Origin: an uncultured Clostridia bacterium
Lineage (GTDB): Bacteria; Bacillota; Clostridia; Oscillospirales; Acutalibacteraceae
Reading direction: 5' to 3'
Assembly (NCBI GenBank): GCA_947628595.1
Contig: CANRAN010000001.1
Location: 1 to 34,845, forward strand
Length of the DNA stretch: 34,845 nt
Under the pieces are notes generated by a model. That model saw only the letters and a program-made list of their open reading frames with translations, searched no databases and was not told where the DNA came from. The translations under genes and the position numbers were made by a program. Position 1 is the stretch's first letter. Every line of letters starts with the position of its first letter. Shown here piece after piece: positions 1 to 8,432 of this stretch.

Positions 1-181
1 ATGATACGTAGGAAGATGTCGGCTTTATTTCCTCCTTTTCGGAGACTTCACTCGCCCGAGATTCTGTGTGACCGTTCCGAGAGGATTCATCCGCAGAATT
101 CTCTTCTTCACCGTTTGCACACGATGACATCATAAGCAGCGAGGTCACCGTTATTATAATAAGAGCAGTCCTAAACTTCAT
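1..181 (-). CDS. Putative lipoprotein, N-terminal fragment (gene continues past the left edge of the window)
   Basis: Reverse strand has a purine-rich GGGGGTAG stretch, then ATG at 181. Translation MKFRTALIIITVTSLLMMSSCANGEEENSADESSRNGHTES... shows a basic N-terminus, a hydrophobic core, Cys21 in a lipobox-like context, then an acidic low-complexity linker. Absent from the ORF track because the window edge truncates it. Confidence 0.45.
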   Translation of the reverse strand, partial: MKFRTALIIITVTSLLMMSSCANGEEENSADESSRNGHTESRASEVSEKEEIKPTSSYVS

Positions 182-225
182 TCCGCTACTACCCCCGAAT
201 ATCATTTTAAGTTAATGACGTAGGA

Positions 226-3200
226 TTACTTATCCCTTCCGCAGCATTTTTTATACTTTTTGCCGCTTCCGCAAGGGCAGGGATCATTTCTGCCGATTTT
301 CTTTACACCCCTGACAGTCTTATTAACCGAGCCTGCTGTTGAATCCATGTTGGTGGAGGTGGGCTTTGCAACCTGCTCCCTTTCAATAAATTTTCCCGCA
401 GCCTTTTTGATATCCTCCTCGGTTATTTCCATGTCCTCAGACACTGAATTTTTATTTTCACCTATTTTAATGGTTTCCAAGGTTATCTCCGGAACGGGTG
501 CCGTATCAGCCTCATCGCCGCCTTCCGAACTAAGTGCCTGCTTAGCCTTCAAAGCTGCAATAGCTGCTGCCTGTGCCCTTCCCGTTGCCCCGCGCATTGA
601 AGCCATCTTACGCATTCTTTCCTGTTCCTCGAGTCTTTGGGCAACTCTCTTAGGAACAACAAGTAGTATCTTTACTGTATCCTCACGTATGCATTTAATC
701 ATATCATCAAACATATCGAAACCTTCAATCCTGTACTCAACCACAGGATCATGCTGTCCGTAGGAACGAAGTCGTATTCCTCTCTTCAGCTCATCCATGG
801 CATCAATATGATCCATCCAATACTTATCAACATTTTTGAGAAGATATACTCTTTCAAGTTCACGCATTGTTTCCTCGGGAATAAGCTTCTCATTTTCCTC
901 ATAGATCTTTGTCGCCATATCCGAAAGCTCGCCCACAAGGTACTCCTTTTCAAGCTTTTCGAGTTCATCCGTGTCATATACAAAGGTATCTTCATCCTCG
1001 TCATCAAGTATCCAGCCCTTAAGCGCCTCCCTAAGACCTTCAAGGTTCCAGTTATCCTTGTCATCATGCGGCAGATACTCATTCACAAGTGATTCCATTG
1101 TTTCGGTAACCATTTTCATAATGGTATCTCTGAGGTTTTCTCCGTCAAGTACCTGATCCCTCTGCGAATAGATAATCTCACGCTGACGGTTCATAACATC
1201 ATCATATTCAAGGACGCTCTTTCTTATATTAAAGTTTCTTCCCTCAACCTTGGACTGTGCACTCTCAATAACGCTTGTAAGCAGCTTACTCTCAAGCGGC
1301 TCGTCTTCCTCTCCGGGCATCCTGTCCATTATATTCTTTATTCTGTCGCCCGCAAACAGTCTGAGTATATCATCCTCTGCCGAGAGATAGAAACGGCTTG
1401 CTCCGGGATCTCCCTGACGACCCGAACGTCCTCTAAGCTGGTTATCTATTCGTCTTGATTCATGTCTGGTTGTACCCATTATGAACAATCCGCCGGCTTC
1501 ACGAACCTTCTCAGCCTCAACTTCTATTTCTTTCTTATATTTTTCAATAAGCTCCCTATAAACCTGACGGGCCTTCAGAATTTCCTCATCATCGGTTTCG
1601 GCATATCCGGTTGCCTCATTAATCATTTCCTCGCTGAAATTCTGTCTGCGCATTTCATCCTTTGCAAGAAATTCCTCATTACCGCCAAGCTTTATATCGG
1701 TACCACGACCTGCCATATTTGTAGCTATCGTAACGGCACCCAGCTTACCTGCCTGTGCAACTATCTCTGCCTCTTTTTCATGGAATTTAGCATTCAGGAC
1801 ATTGTGCTTTATCCCTCTCTTTTTCAGAAGCTTACTCAGCTCCTCCGATTTATCAATCGAAATCGTACCTACAAGCACAGGCTGTCCGTTTTTATGTGCC
1901 TCCTCTATATCATTGATAAGGCACTGATATTTACCCTTCTCTGTTCTGAATATAACGTCGGGAAGGTCAATTCTCTGTATTGGCTTATTTGTCGGTATTT
2001 CAATGACATCAAGCCTGTATATTTCCGAAAACTCTGTTTCCTCCGTCATTGCCGTACCTGTCATACCGGAAAGTTTCTTATAAAGACGGAAGAAATTCTG
2101 GAATGTTATTGTTGCAAGCGTTTTGCTTTCTCTTTCTACCTTAACACCTTCCTTAGCTTCTATCGCCTGATGCAAACCCTCGTTATAACGTCTGCCATAC
2201 ATAAGACGGCCTGTAAATTCATCAACGATTATAACCTCGCCCTTATCATTTACTATATAGTCCTTATCCCTATGCATAACACCGTGTGCCTTGATCGCCT
2301 GATTTACGTGGTGCTGTATGGTAAGATTTTCGGGATCGGTAAAATTCTCTATATCAAAAAAGCTCTCTGCTTTCTTTACGCCTGCGGGTGTAAGTGTAGC
2401 AGTCTTTGCTTTTTCATCTACAATGTAGTCTATACCCTCCTTAATATATTCTTCGTCATTATCCTGCTTTGAATCGGTTTCCGCTATAACCTTTGCCTTA
2501 AGTGTCTTTGCAAGGTCATTCGCCTTATTATAAAGCTCTGTGGACTTATCCCCCTGTCCGGAAATAATAAGCGGTGTTCTTGCCTCATCTATAAGAATTG
2601 AGTCAACCTCATCTACAATGGCAAAGCTATGACCTCTCTGCACCTTATTCTCCTTATATACAACCATGTTATCACGCAGATAGTCAAAACCGAGTTCGTT
2701 ATTCGTTGCGTATGTAATATCTGCATTATACGCTTCTTTTCTGTCGGCATTTGAGGTATCATGCTGAAGCACTCCAACTGTAAGACCGAGAAAACGGTAA
2801 AGCTTTCCCATCCACTCGGCATCACGCTTCGCAAGATATTCATTTACCGTAACAACGTGTACTCCCTGACCTGCAAGTGCATTAAGGTATGCCGGCAGTG
2901 TTGCAACGAGGGTCTTACCTTCACCTGTTTTCATTTCGCTTATTCTTCCCCTGTGAAGGATAATACCGCCTATTACCTGTACACGGAAATGCTTCATCCC
3001 GAGCACACGCCATGATGCCTCACGGCAAACAGCAAATGCCTCCGGAAGTATTGAATCGAGTATTTCGTCCCTTTTTTTATCCGTCAGATCCTCGACCTTG
3101 AACATTTCCTGAAATCTTTTCGTTTCTCCCCTAAGCTGATCATCTGTATATTCCTGATATTTTTTCTCCAGATCAAACACCTTATCAACCAGAGGATTTA

Positions 3201-3255
3201 TTCTTTTCAGTTCTCTCCTGCTGTTACTTCCGTTAAACCATGCCTTTATTCCCAT
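226..3255 (-). CDS. secA: Preprotein translocase ATPase SecA (1009 aa)
   Basis: Full-length SecA hallmarks: [20 protein letters not shown] Walker [24 protein letters not shown]-like motif, [14 protein letters not shown], and the C-terminal zinc motif [25 protein letters not shown] lies upstream of the ATG at 3255. Confidence 0.97.
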   Translation of the reverse strand: MGIKAWFNGSNSRRELKRINPLVDKVFDLEKKYQEYTDDQLRGETKRFQEMFKVEDLTDKKRDEILDSILPEAFAVCREASWRVLGMKHFRVQVIGGIILHRGRISEMKTGEGKTLVATLPAYLNALAGQGVHVVTVNEYLAKRDAEWMGKLYRFLGLTVGVLQHDTSNADRKEAYNADITYATNNELGFDYLRDNMVVYKENKVQRGHSFAIVDEVDSILIDEARTPLIISGQGDKSTELYNKANDLAKTLKAKVIAETDSKQDNDEEYIKEGIDYIVDEKAKTATLTPAGVKKAESFFDIENFTDPENLTIQHHVNQAIKAHGVMHRDKDYIVNDKGEVIIVDEFTGRLMYGRRYNEGLHQAIEAKEGVKVERESKTLATITFQNFFRLYKKLSGMTGTAMTEETEFSEIYRLDVIEIPTNKPIQRIDLPDVIFRTEKGKYQCLINDIEEAHKNGQPVLVGTISIDKSEELSKLLKKRGIKHNVLNAKFHEKEAEIVAQAGKLGAVTIATNMAGRGTDIKLGGNEEFLAKDEMRRQNFSEEMINEATGYAETDDEEILKARQVYRELIEKYKKEIEVEAEKVREAGGLFIMGTTRHESRRIDNQLRGRSGRQGDPGASRFYLSAEDDILRLFAGDRIKNIMDRMPGEEDEPLESKLLTSVIESAQSKVEGRNFNIRKSVLEYDDVMNRQREIIYSQRDQVLDGENLRDTIMKMVTETMESLVNEYLPHDDKDNWNLEGLREALKGWILDDEDEDTFVYDTDELEKLEKEYLVGELSDMATKIYEENEKLIPEETMRELERVYLLKNVDKYWMDHIDAMDELKRGIRLRSYGQHDPVVEYRIEGFDMFDDMIKCIREDTVKILLVVPKRVAQRLEEQERMRKMASMRGATGRAQAAAIAALKAKQALSSEGGDEADTAPVPEITLETIKIGENKNSVSEDMEITEEDIKKAAGKFIEREQVAKPTSTNMDSTAGSVNKTVRGVKKIGRNDPCPCGSGKKYKKCCGRDK

Positions 3256-3310
3256 TGGTACTCACCTCATAAATTCTTTGTTTAAATACGAAACCACCGT
3301 ACATTCTATT

Positions 3311-3340
3311 AGTATAACACATATCATATAGATTTTACAA
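3311..3340 (-). promoter_or_regulatory. Candidate sigma-A promoter for secA
   Basis: Reverse strand reads TTGTAA (3340..3335), 18 nt spacer, TATACT (3316..3311), with TG one base upstream of the -10 (extended -10). It sits ~55 nt upstream of the secA ATG. Confidence 0.4.
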
Positions 3341-3392
3341 TGCTTTTTTATCCAAATACACCTGTATCGCAGTAAAATATTTATAATGAATG

Positions 3393-4061
3393 TCATTTTT
3401 TTAGCGGTATAAAAATATTCTCCTTCACACTTTTTAGCAATCTGCCCTCTGTAATATTTCTTTTTCCGCATTTAAGACAACTTTTTACTTTCGCATAACT
3501 TTCAACATATGATATGCCGCTGTTTTCAAGACGGATTATAGCCTTTCTTCTTTCCCTTTTTATTTCCTCCGCCTCGACATTCATTAAAGTTTCAACCTGT
3601 TCTTCAAGGTTTCCCTGCTCCATTCCGTCTACTATCCTTTTGGCAATGACAGGCTTTGAGATATATTTATCAATATCCGTCAGTGTTGCTTCAAATTTCC
3701 CACATTCCGCACACCTTGAAACAGTCATAACCTCATTTGCCACCCCGAAATTTTTCCTCATAAATTCAATTTCGGGTTTTATGCCCTTCTGATGAAAAAA
3801 ATCAAGCTGAGCCGACATCGCTATAAGTGCGGAAAATGTGTTCGCTGTCCAAAAGCACTTTTCAACATCCGGAATTATTTTTGTATCAATCCGAAAGTCA
3901 GCAAATTGTCCCTTTGCATCAAAGGTTTTCTTAAATGCTGTCGAATCTCCCTCATTTTTCCATTTTTCAATACACTCTCCGACAGTATCGGCATACCCTG
4001 TCAAGCCTGTATTACTGAGAAGTTTTTTTATGGCACTGAGTGTCATAAGATAATAATCCAT
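3393..4061 (-). CDS. Uncharacterized cytoplasmic protein with two separated CxxCG knuckles (possible split zinc ribbon), 222 aa
   Basis: ORF track 3393..4097. I prefer the ATG at 4061 (MDYYLMTLSA...) because GGAGG lies 7 nt upstream. No signal peptide or TM segment. Motifs CAECGK and CLKCGK lie ~70 residues apart, flanking a charged helical stretch. I recognise no family. Confidence 0.6.
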   Translation of the reverse strand: MDYYLMTLSAIKKLLSNTGLTGYADTVGECIEKWKNEGDSTAFKKTFDAKGQFADFRIDTKIIPDVEKCFWTANTFSALIAMSAQLDFFHQKGIKPEIEFMRKNFGVANEVMTVSRCAECGKFEATLTDIDKYISKPVIAKRIVDGMEQGNLEEQVETLMNVEAEEIKRERRKAIIRLENSGISYVESYAKVKSCLKCGKRNITEGRLLKSVKENIFIPLKK

Positions 4062-4101
4062 TCCCATTCCTCCACATTTCAGAGTATAAAAATACATATT
4101 A

Positions 4102-4130
4102 ATTATAAACTAAAGCAGCAAAATATACAA
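4102..4130 (-). promoter_or_regulatory. Candidate sigma-A promoter for the 222 aa gene
   Basis: Reverse strand reads TTGTAT (4130..4125), 17 nt spacer, TATAAT (4107..4102), ~40 nt upstream of the preferred start codon. Confidence 0.4.
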
Positions 4131-4135
4131 TGGTT

Positions 4136-4157
4136 TTTTACAAGATTTTTTGTAAAA
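4136..4157. promoter_or_regulatory. Inverted repeat TTTTACAA-N6-TTGTAAAA (possible operator)
   Basis: Perfect 8 bp arms at 4136..4143 and 4150..4157, immediately upstream of the -35 of the minus-strand promoter. The sequence is AT-only, so a chance palindrome is possible. Confidence 0.2.
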
Positions 4158-4337
4158 TCGCTCTGTCACTCCATGAATTTTACAGTTTCTAAAAGACATT
4201 AGTCACATCATGCATTAAGACTATCATATATTAACGTATAGTTGTTTTATTTTATAAATAATTATCAATAAATCTTATCCGGCGTATATGTTATCCTCTG
4301 TAATAAAAGAAATTTTTAAAAAACTATTGTGCCGTCA

Positions 4338-4366
4338 TTGACAAAAACCAAACAATAACATATACT
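4338..4366 (+). promoter_or_regulatory. Candidate sigma-A promoter for the 391 aa gene
   Basis: TTGACA (4338..4343), 17 nt spacer, TATACT (4361..4366): near consensus. It implies a ~170 nt 5' leader before the ATG at 4543. Confidence 0.45.
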
Positions 4367-4542
4367 TTAAGGTAGTACGAAAGACGAATAGATGTTGTTT
4401 CATTAAATCAAATTTGCAGCATATTGTTACCTGTTACACCAAAATCCGCATATATTATCGGTGTAAAATAGATTTAATATTAAAAGCTTGGTAAGACTTT
4501 AGGATAAAAGGCAAAAAATTATTAAAAGGAAGGCTGAATAAA

Positions 4543-5718
4543 ATGACAGTAGTCGATATCAGAAGTATTTTTTCACAGAGAAACATTGAGCTGTTTGAAG
4601 TAAACTCCTCATACATATATTACGCAGAGGAGAAAAACGAGGACGGGCACAATAATCTCTTTATTTTAGAATATAATCGCTCTACAAGAAAAGAAAGACT
4701 TGTAACTAACTATACCCTTGAGGATCCGACCTTTGTAGAACATCTTTTTGCATTTGAAAATACATTGGTGCTTATACTTGAAAACGGCAGCAACAGTATG
4801 TGGATGATAGAAATTGATAAAAATAACGGAATGGAGCTTAACAGAAGAAAGGTCGTATGCACGGGGACATTTAGGAGCTGCACCGCACTCGACAGCGAGC
4901 ATATACTCATATATATGGGCCCCGATGAGGCGAATGCGGAAATGTTCAAACGTTACAGTGAGGTAACCGGCTGTGAATGCCTTTGCTATATGTACAACCT
5001 GAAAACAAACATAAAGCATTTTATAAAAAACCCCCTTATTGCAAAACTCGGTACAGATAACATAAAACAAATGAATGTTCATGACGAAAAATACCTTATT
5101 CTCCTTGACCCGTTTGCAGATGAGGATATCAAAAAAGGCTACTACGAGGAGCAAAGATGGATAAATGCCGATATAAGGGACAATATCTGGCTTTGCAGAC
5201 TTGAGGAATTTGAAATGCAGCTTGAGGCAGGTGCCGAAAATATTACTAAGAAATGTATAGCAAGTGCGGATATAAAGGCACTCGCAAGGTATATGGGTAT
5301 AGACGGCGACAAGATGTTTTTCAGGGCAAAGGAATTTAGAACCGGCATAGAAAAAATATGCAGCTATGACGTCTTTACCAATTCTCTCAGTGTTGAAGCG
5401 GAGCTTGATATTCCGGACAGCGATACCATATACATAATTGAGGAAAAGCCGTTTTCGGTTTTTTCGGTAAAATCCGGTGACGGACATACCTCTGTAAAGG
5501 GAATTATAAACAGTAGTGCCGAACTTACATATGAAAATAATCTCGGAAGCTTCATGACCTGCATTGAAAATCGGTATGTTGTAACCCGCAAAATGACCGT
5601 TGACGACAAAACAAAAACCGAAAAGCAGATATGCAGCATATATGATTCAGAACTTGATAAAAGCGAAAGCTACGAATGTAATTGCTGCCTCAAGGGTAAC
5701 ACGCTGGTCCTGTATTGA
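4543..5718 (+). CDS. Uncharacterized soluble protein, 391 aa, probably beta-rich
   Basis: AAGGAAGG RBS lies ~9 nt upstream of the ATG. Amino-acid composition is normal (E/K/D/N-rich), whereas the antisense ORF is Cys/Phe-rich. There is no signal peptide or TM segment. Alternating hydrophobic strands recur (YIYYAEE, LFILEYN, LVLILEN, MWMIEID, ILIYMGP, YLILLDP, IYIIEEK, RYVVTRK), suggesting a repeated beta architecture. No family recognised. Confidence 0.7.
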   Translation: MTVVDIRSIFSQRNIELFEVNSSYIYYAEEKNEDGHNNLFILEYNRSTRKERLVTNYTLEDPTFVEHLFAFENTLVLILENGSNSMWMIEIDKNNGMELNRRKVVCTGTFRSCTALDSEHILIYMGPDEANAEMFKRYSEVTGCECLCYMYNLKTNIKHFIKNPLIAKLGTDNIKQMNVHDEKYLILLDPFADEDIKKGYYEEQRWINADIRDNIWLCRLEEFEMQLEAGAENITKKCIASADIKALARYMGIDGDKMFFRAKEFRTGIEKICSYDVFTNSLSVEAELDIPDSDTIYIIEEKPFSVFSVKSGDGHTSVKGIINSSAELTYENNLGSFMTCIENRYVVTRKMTVDDKTKTEKQICSIYDSELDKSESYECNCCLKGNTLVLY

Positions 5719-5810
5719 TTTTATGCTTAAATATTTATAAATTTGCAGCAGAGAATATGTTACATATTGATATATGTTATGAATTAATGCTTATTTACGC
5801 AAAAAAATAC

Positions 5811-5839
5811 TTGCAAATCGGGTATATTTATGGTAGAAT
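5811..5839 (+). promoter_or_regulatory. Candidate sigma-A promoter of the rimP-nusA-infB operon
   Basis: TTGCAA (5811..5816), 17 nt spacer, TAGAAT (5834..5839), with TG at 5831..5832 (extended -10). Confidence 0.5.
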
Positions 5840-5863
5840 GTTAGAGGTAATTCTTGTAGGCTT

Positions 5864-5896
5864 AGTAAAAGAGTGGGGGCGACCCACTCTTTTACT
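5864..5896 (+). promoter_or_regulatory. Strong hairpin in the rimP leader (candidate rimP-leader / NusA-autoregulatory attenuator)
   Basis: AGTAAAAGAGTGGG (5864..5877), loop GGCGA, CCCACTCTTTTACT (5883..5896): a perfect 14 bp stem. It lies between the predicted promoter and the rimP start and has no canonical U-tract directly after it. Confidence 0.4.
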
Positions 5897-5994
5897 GTTA
5901 GTAGGCGGCTTCATATATGTGTCATTTTTTATCAGATCAAGTAGGTTTTTAAAGTAATGCTGTGTTCTGAGGAATGACAGGACGGAGGGTAAGT

Positions 5995-6477
5995 ATGTCT
6001 AATAAAAAAAGTGGAAATACCGCTGCGGAGGTTAAGGCAATTGTGGAACCAATAGTGGAAAATATGGGTCTGACACTATGGAATGTCTGCTTTGTCAAGG
6101 AGGGTTCCGAATACTATCTCAGAATCTTCATCGACAAGGATGAAGGTGTTACCATTGATGATTGTGAAAATGTAACAAGAGCCATAGATGAGCCGCTTGA
6201 CAGGCTTGACCCCATAGAACAAAACTATATTCTTGAGGTTTCCTCCCCCGGAGTTGAGAGAGAACTTATTCTCGATTGGCATTTTGACAGATACCTCGGT
6301 GCTCCTGTTATGGTTAAGCTTATAAGACCCGATGAAAACGGCGTCAGAGAATATAATGGTACACTTATCTCGCATGATAAGGACACGGCTGTCCTGATGC
6401 TTGAAAACGGCAAAGAGACGGTAATAAAAAAGAAAGCCGCAGTATATATTAAACTGGATGATTTTAACATTAACTAA
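5995..6477 (+). CDS. rimP: Ribosome maturation factor RimP
   Basis: The SSPGVEREL motif and overall RimP architecture, in the position immediately upstream of nusA. Start moved to the ATG at 5995 (MSNKKSG...) because GGAGGG lies 6 nt upstream; the track start at 5974 has no RBS. Confidence 0.9.
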   Translation: MSNKKSGNTAAEVKAIVEPIVENMGLTLWNVCFVKEGSEYYLRIFIDKDEGVTIDDCENVTRAIDEPLDRLDPIEQNYILEVSSPGVERELILDWHFDRYLGAPVMVKLIRPDENGVREYNGTLISHDKDTAVLMLENGKETVIKKKAAVYIKLDDFNIN

Positions 6478-6491
6478 CGGAGGAAAGAAAA

Positions 6492-7715
6492 ATGAAAAAA
6501 AACAAGGAACCGGAAGAAAACCTTTTTGAAGCACTTAAGCTTATAGAAAAGGAAAAGGGTATTCCGGCAGATTTTATGATTACTCAGATAAAAAAGGCTA
6601 TCATTACAGCCTGTAAAAACTCATACGGTGGAAATGATGATGTAACAGTGGTTTTTAACAGTACAACCGGAAAACTCGAAGCAAGGCTCAATAAAACTGT
6701 TGTTGAAGAAGTAAGTGATGTAAACAGGGAAATTGCCCTTGAGGAGGCAAGAAAGCTGAGTTCGCTTGCAAATATAGGCGATAAGGTAGGAATACCGCTT
6801 GATCCGAGAAACTTCGGAAGAATTGCTGTTTCAACAGCAAGGAACATGATACGTCAGGGAATCCGTGACGGAGAAAAGGAGCAAGCACTTTCCGAGTATC
6901 AGAGCAAATTGCAGGATATCGTTACCGCAACCGTAGAACAGGTTGACCCGATAACAGGGAATGCAACCCTTAAGGTGGGAAAATCAATAGCCATACTCCC
7001 CAAAAGTGAGCAAATACCGGGTGAAATTCTCCATGTCGGGGATATGATAAAAATATATGTGGTAAATATAAAGTCGGGTGACAGGGGACCGAAAGCAATT
7101 ATTTCAAGGACTAACCCCGACTTTGTCAAGAGGCTCTTTGAGGAACAGGTTCCCGAAATATTCGATGGGGTTGTGCAGATAAAATTCGTTTCAAGGGAAG
7201 CCGGATCAAGAACAAAAATTTCCGTTGTCAGCAATGACCCGGAGGTTGATGCAGTCGGTGCCTGCATAGGACCCAAGGGACAAAGAGTTGGAACTATCGT
7301 AAATCAGCTTTGCGGAGAGAAAATTGATATTATAGAGTACAGTGAGGATCCTGTTGAATATATCAAAAAGGCACTCTCCCCTGCCAATGTTCTTGATGTT
7401 GTTGTTGACCCGAGCGGAGAAAAAATTTGTAGAGCAACCGTTCCGGATAATCAGCTTTCCCTTGCAATAGGAAATAAAGGACAAAATGTTCGTCTTGCCG
7501 CAAAGCTTACAGGCTGGAAGATAGATATTCGTCCCGAAAGCGGCTTTTTCGGAGAGGACGAAGATGAGGATAAGGACAGTAAAGACGAATATATCGGTGA
7601 CGGACTTGATACTGATGAGGACATAGTTGAAGAAACTAATGCCGATACAGCAGAGGAAGCAGAAAATAACATTGATATCATCAATGAAAATGCAGGGGAA
7701 AGGATAACCGAGTGA
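6492..7715 (+). CDS. nusA: Transcription termination/antitermination factor NusA
   Basis: NusA N-terminal domain, S1 and two KH regions (GACIGPKGQRV, LAIGNKGQNVRLA), with the acidic C-terminal tail typical of Firmicutes. Conserved rimP-nusA synteny. Confidence 0.97.
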   Translation: MKKNKEPEENLFEALKLIEKEKGIPADFMITQIKKAIITACKNSYGGNDDVTVVFNSTTGKLEARLNKTVVEEVSDVNREIALEEARKLSSLANIGDKVGIPLDPRNFGRIAVSTARNMIRQGIRDGEKEQALSEYQSKLQDIVTATVEQVDPITGNATLKVGKSIAILPKSEQIPGEILHVGDMIKIYVVNIKSGDRGPKAIISRTNPDFVKRLFEEQVPEIFDGVVQIKFVSREAGSRTKISVVSNDPEVDAVGACIGPKGQRVGTIVNQLCGEKIDIIEYSEDPVEYIKKALSPANVLDVVVDPSGEKICRATVPDNQLSLAIGNKGQNVRLAAKLTGWKIDIRPESGFFGEDEDEDKDSKDEYIGDGLDTDEDIVEETNADTAEEAENNIDIINENAGERITE

Positions 7716-7778
7716 TACAGACTTCCGCACAATTTTCTGCTTAATAATTTTTCGCTTTTATGAAAGGATATATTTAAA

Positions 7779-8066
7779 TTGCGTCAAAAAAAAATACCAA
7801 TGAGAAAATGTACAGGCTGCGGAGAAATGAAAGAGAAAAAGCAGCTTATAAGAATAGTCAGATCACCTGATTCCGATGAAACCGAATGCAGGATATCAGT
7901 TGATCTTACGGGAAAGAAACCCGGACGTGGGGCATATATCTGCAATAACCCCGAATGTCTGGCTAAAGCTAAAAAGGCACGAAGGCTTGAAAAAGCGTTT
8001 TCCTGCAAAATTCCCGATGAGGTATATGAAAAGCTCCTGCAGGAGCTTCAACCACCTACTAAATGA
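7779..8066 (+). CDS. ylxR: YlxR/RnpM family RNA-binding protein (DUF448)
   Basis: KKIPMRKCTGCGE and GRGAYIC motifs, and position directly after nusA. The track start at 7779 is TTG with a GAAAGGA RBS; the ATG at 7800 is an alternative start. Confidence 0.88.
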   Translation: MRQKKIPMRKCTGCGEMKEKKQLIRIVRSPDSDETECRISVDLTGKKPGRGAYICNNPECLAKAKKARRLEKAFSCKIPDEVYEKLLQELQPPTK

Positions 8067-8108
8067 TTATTGAAATTTTGGATTTGTCCGGAAAGAGTGA
8101 TTGAACTA

Positions 8109-8411
8109 ATGAATAACAAATTGCTGTCATTGTTGGGAATAGCAAGACGAGCGGGACGAGTATCTCTCGGCTTTGATTCTGCCGTTGACTCTATGCGTGA
8201 CGGGAAATGCAGGCTCCTTTTGCTTGCCTGTGATTTGTCCGAGCGTACAAAACGGTCAATTACAAAAGCGGCTGATGAAAGCCGGACACGGACAATTCCT
8301 TTGGATATACCAATGGAGGAGCTTGGAGCCTCAGTCGGGAAACTTACCGGAATAGTTGCGGTAAACGATCGGGGCTTTGCTGATAAGATGATAACGCTTT
8401 GTAATGAATAA
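8109..8411 (+). CDS. ylxQ: L7Ae/L30e-family RNA-binding protein YlxQ
   Basis: LLSLLGIARRAGRVSLG resembles the L7Ae-family N-terminus, and the gene sits between ylxR and infB. I prefer the ATG at 8109 over the upstream TTG at 8070. Confidence 0.85.
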   Translation: MNNKLLSLLGIARRAGRVSLGFDSAVDSMRDGKCRLLLLACDLSERTKRSITKAADESRTRTIPLDIPMEELGASVGKLTGIVAVNDRGFADKMITLCNE

Positions 8412-8432
8412 ACAGACAGGAGGAATGATTGT

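Noticed and set aside
1462-2472. 336 aa ORF on the plus strand
   Set aside because: It lies entirely antisense within secA, has a Cys/Phe/Leu/Ile-rich composition typical of an antisense frame, and has no RBS. It is a shadow ORF.
4666-5487. 273 aa ORF on the minus strand inside the 391 aa gene
   Set aside because: The frame is Cys/Phe/Tyr-rich with no RBS. The plus-strand frame has a promoter, an RBS and normal composition, so the minus ORF is the shadow.
5715-5957. 80 aa plus-strand ORF in the spacer before rimP
   Set aside because: It has no RBS, it overlaps the predicted rimP promoter and reads straight through the 14 bp hairpin, and its sequence is hydrophobic and Tyr/Leu-rich. The region is better explained as a regulatory leader.
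5974-5994. Upstream alternative starts given by the ORF track for several genes (5974 rimP, 4097 hypothetical, 8070 ylxQ, 11878 pilin, 22419 ABC ATPase, 32403 fmt, 32900 def)
   Set aside because: In each case an internal ATG has a much better Shine-Dalgarno at 5-11 nt and yields the canonical family N-terminus. The longer forms lack an RBS or use TTG overlapping the upstream gene.
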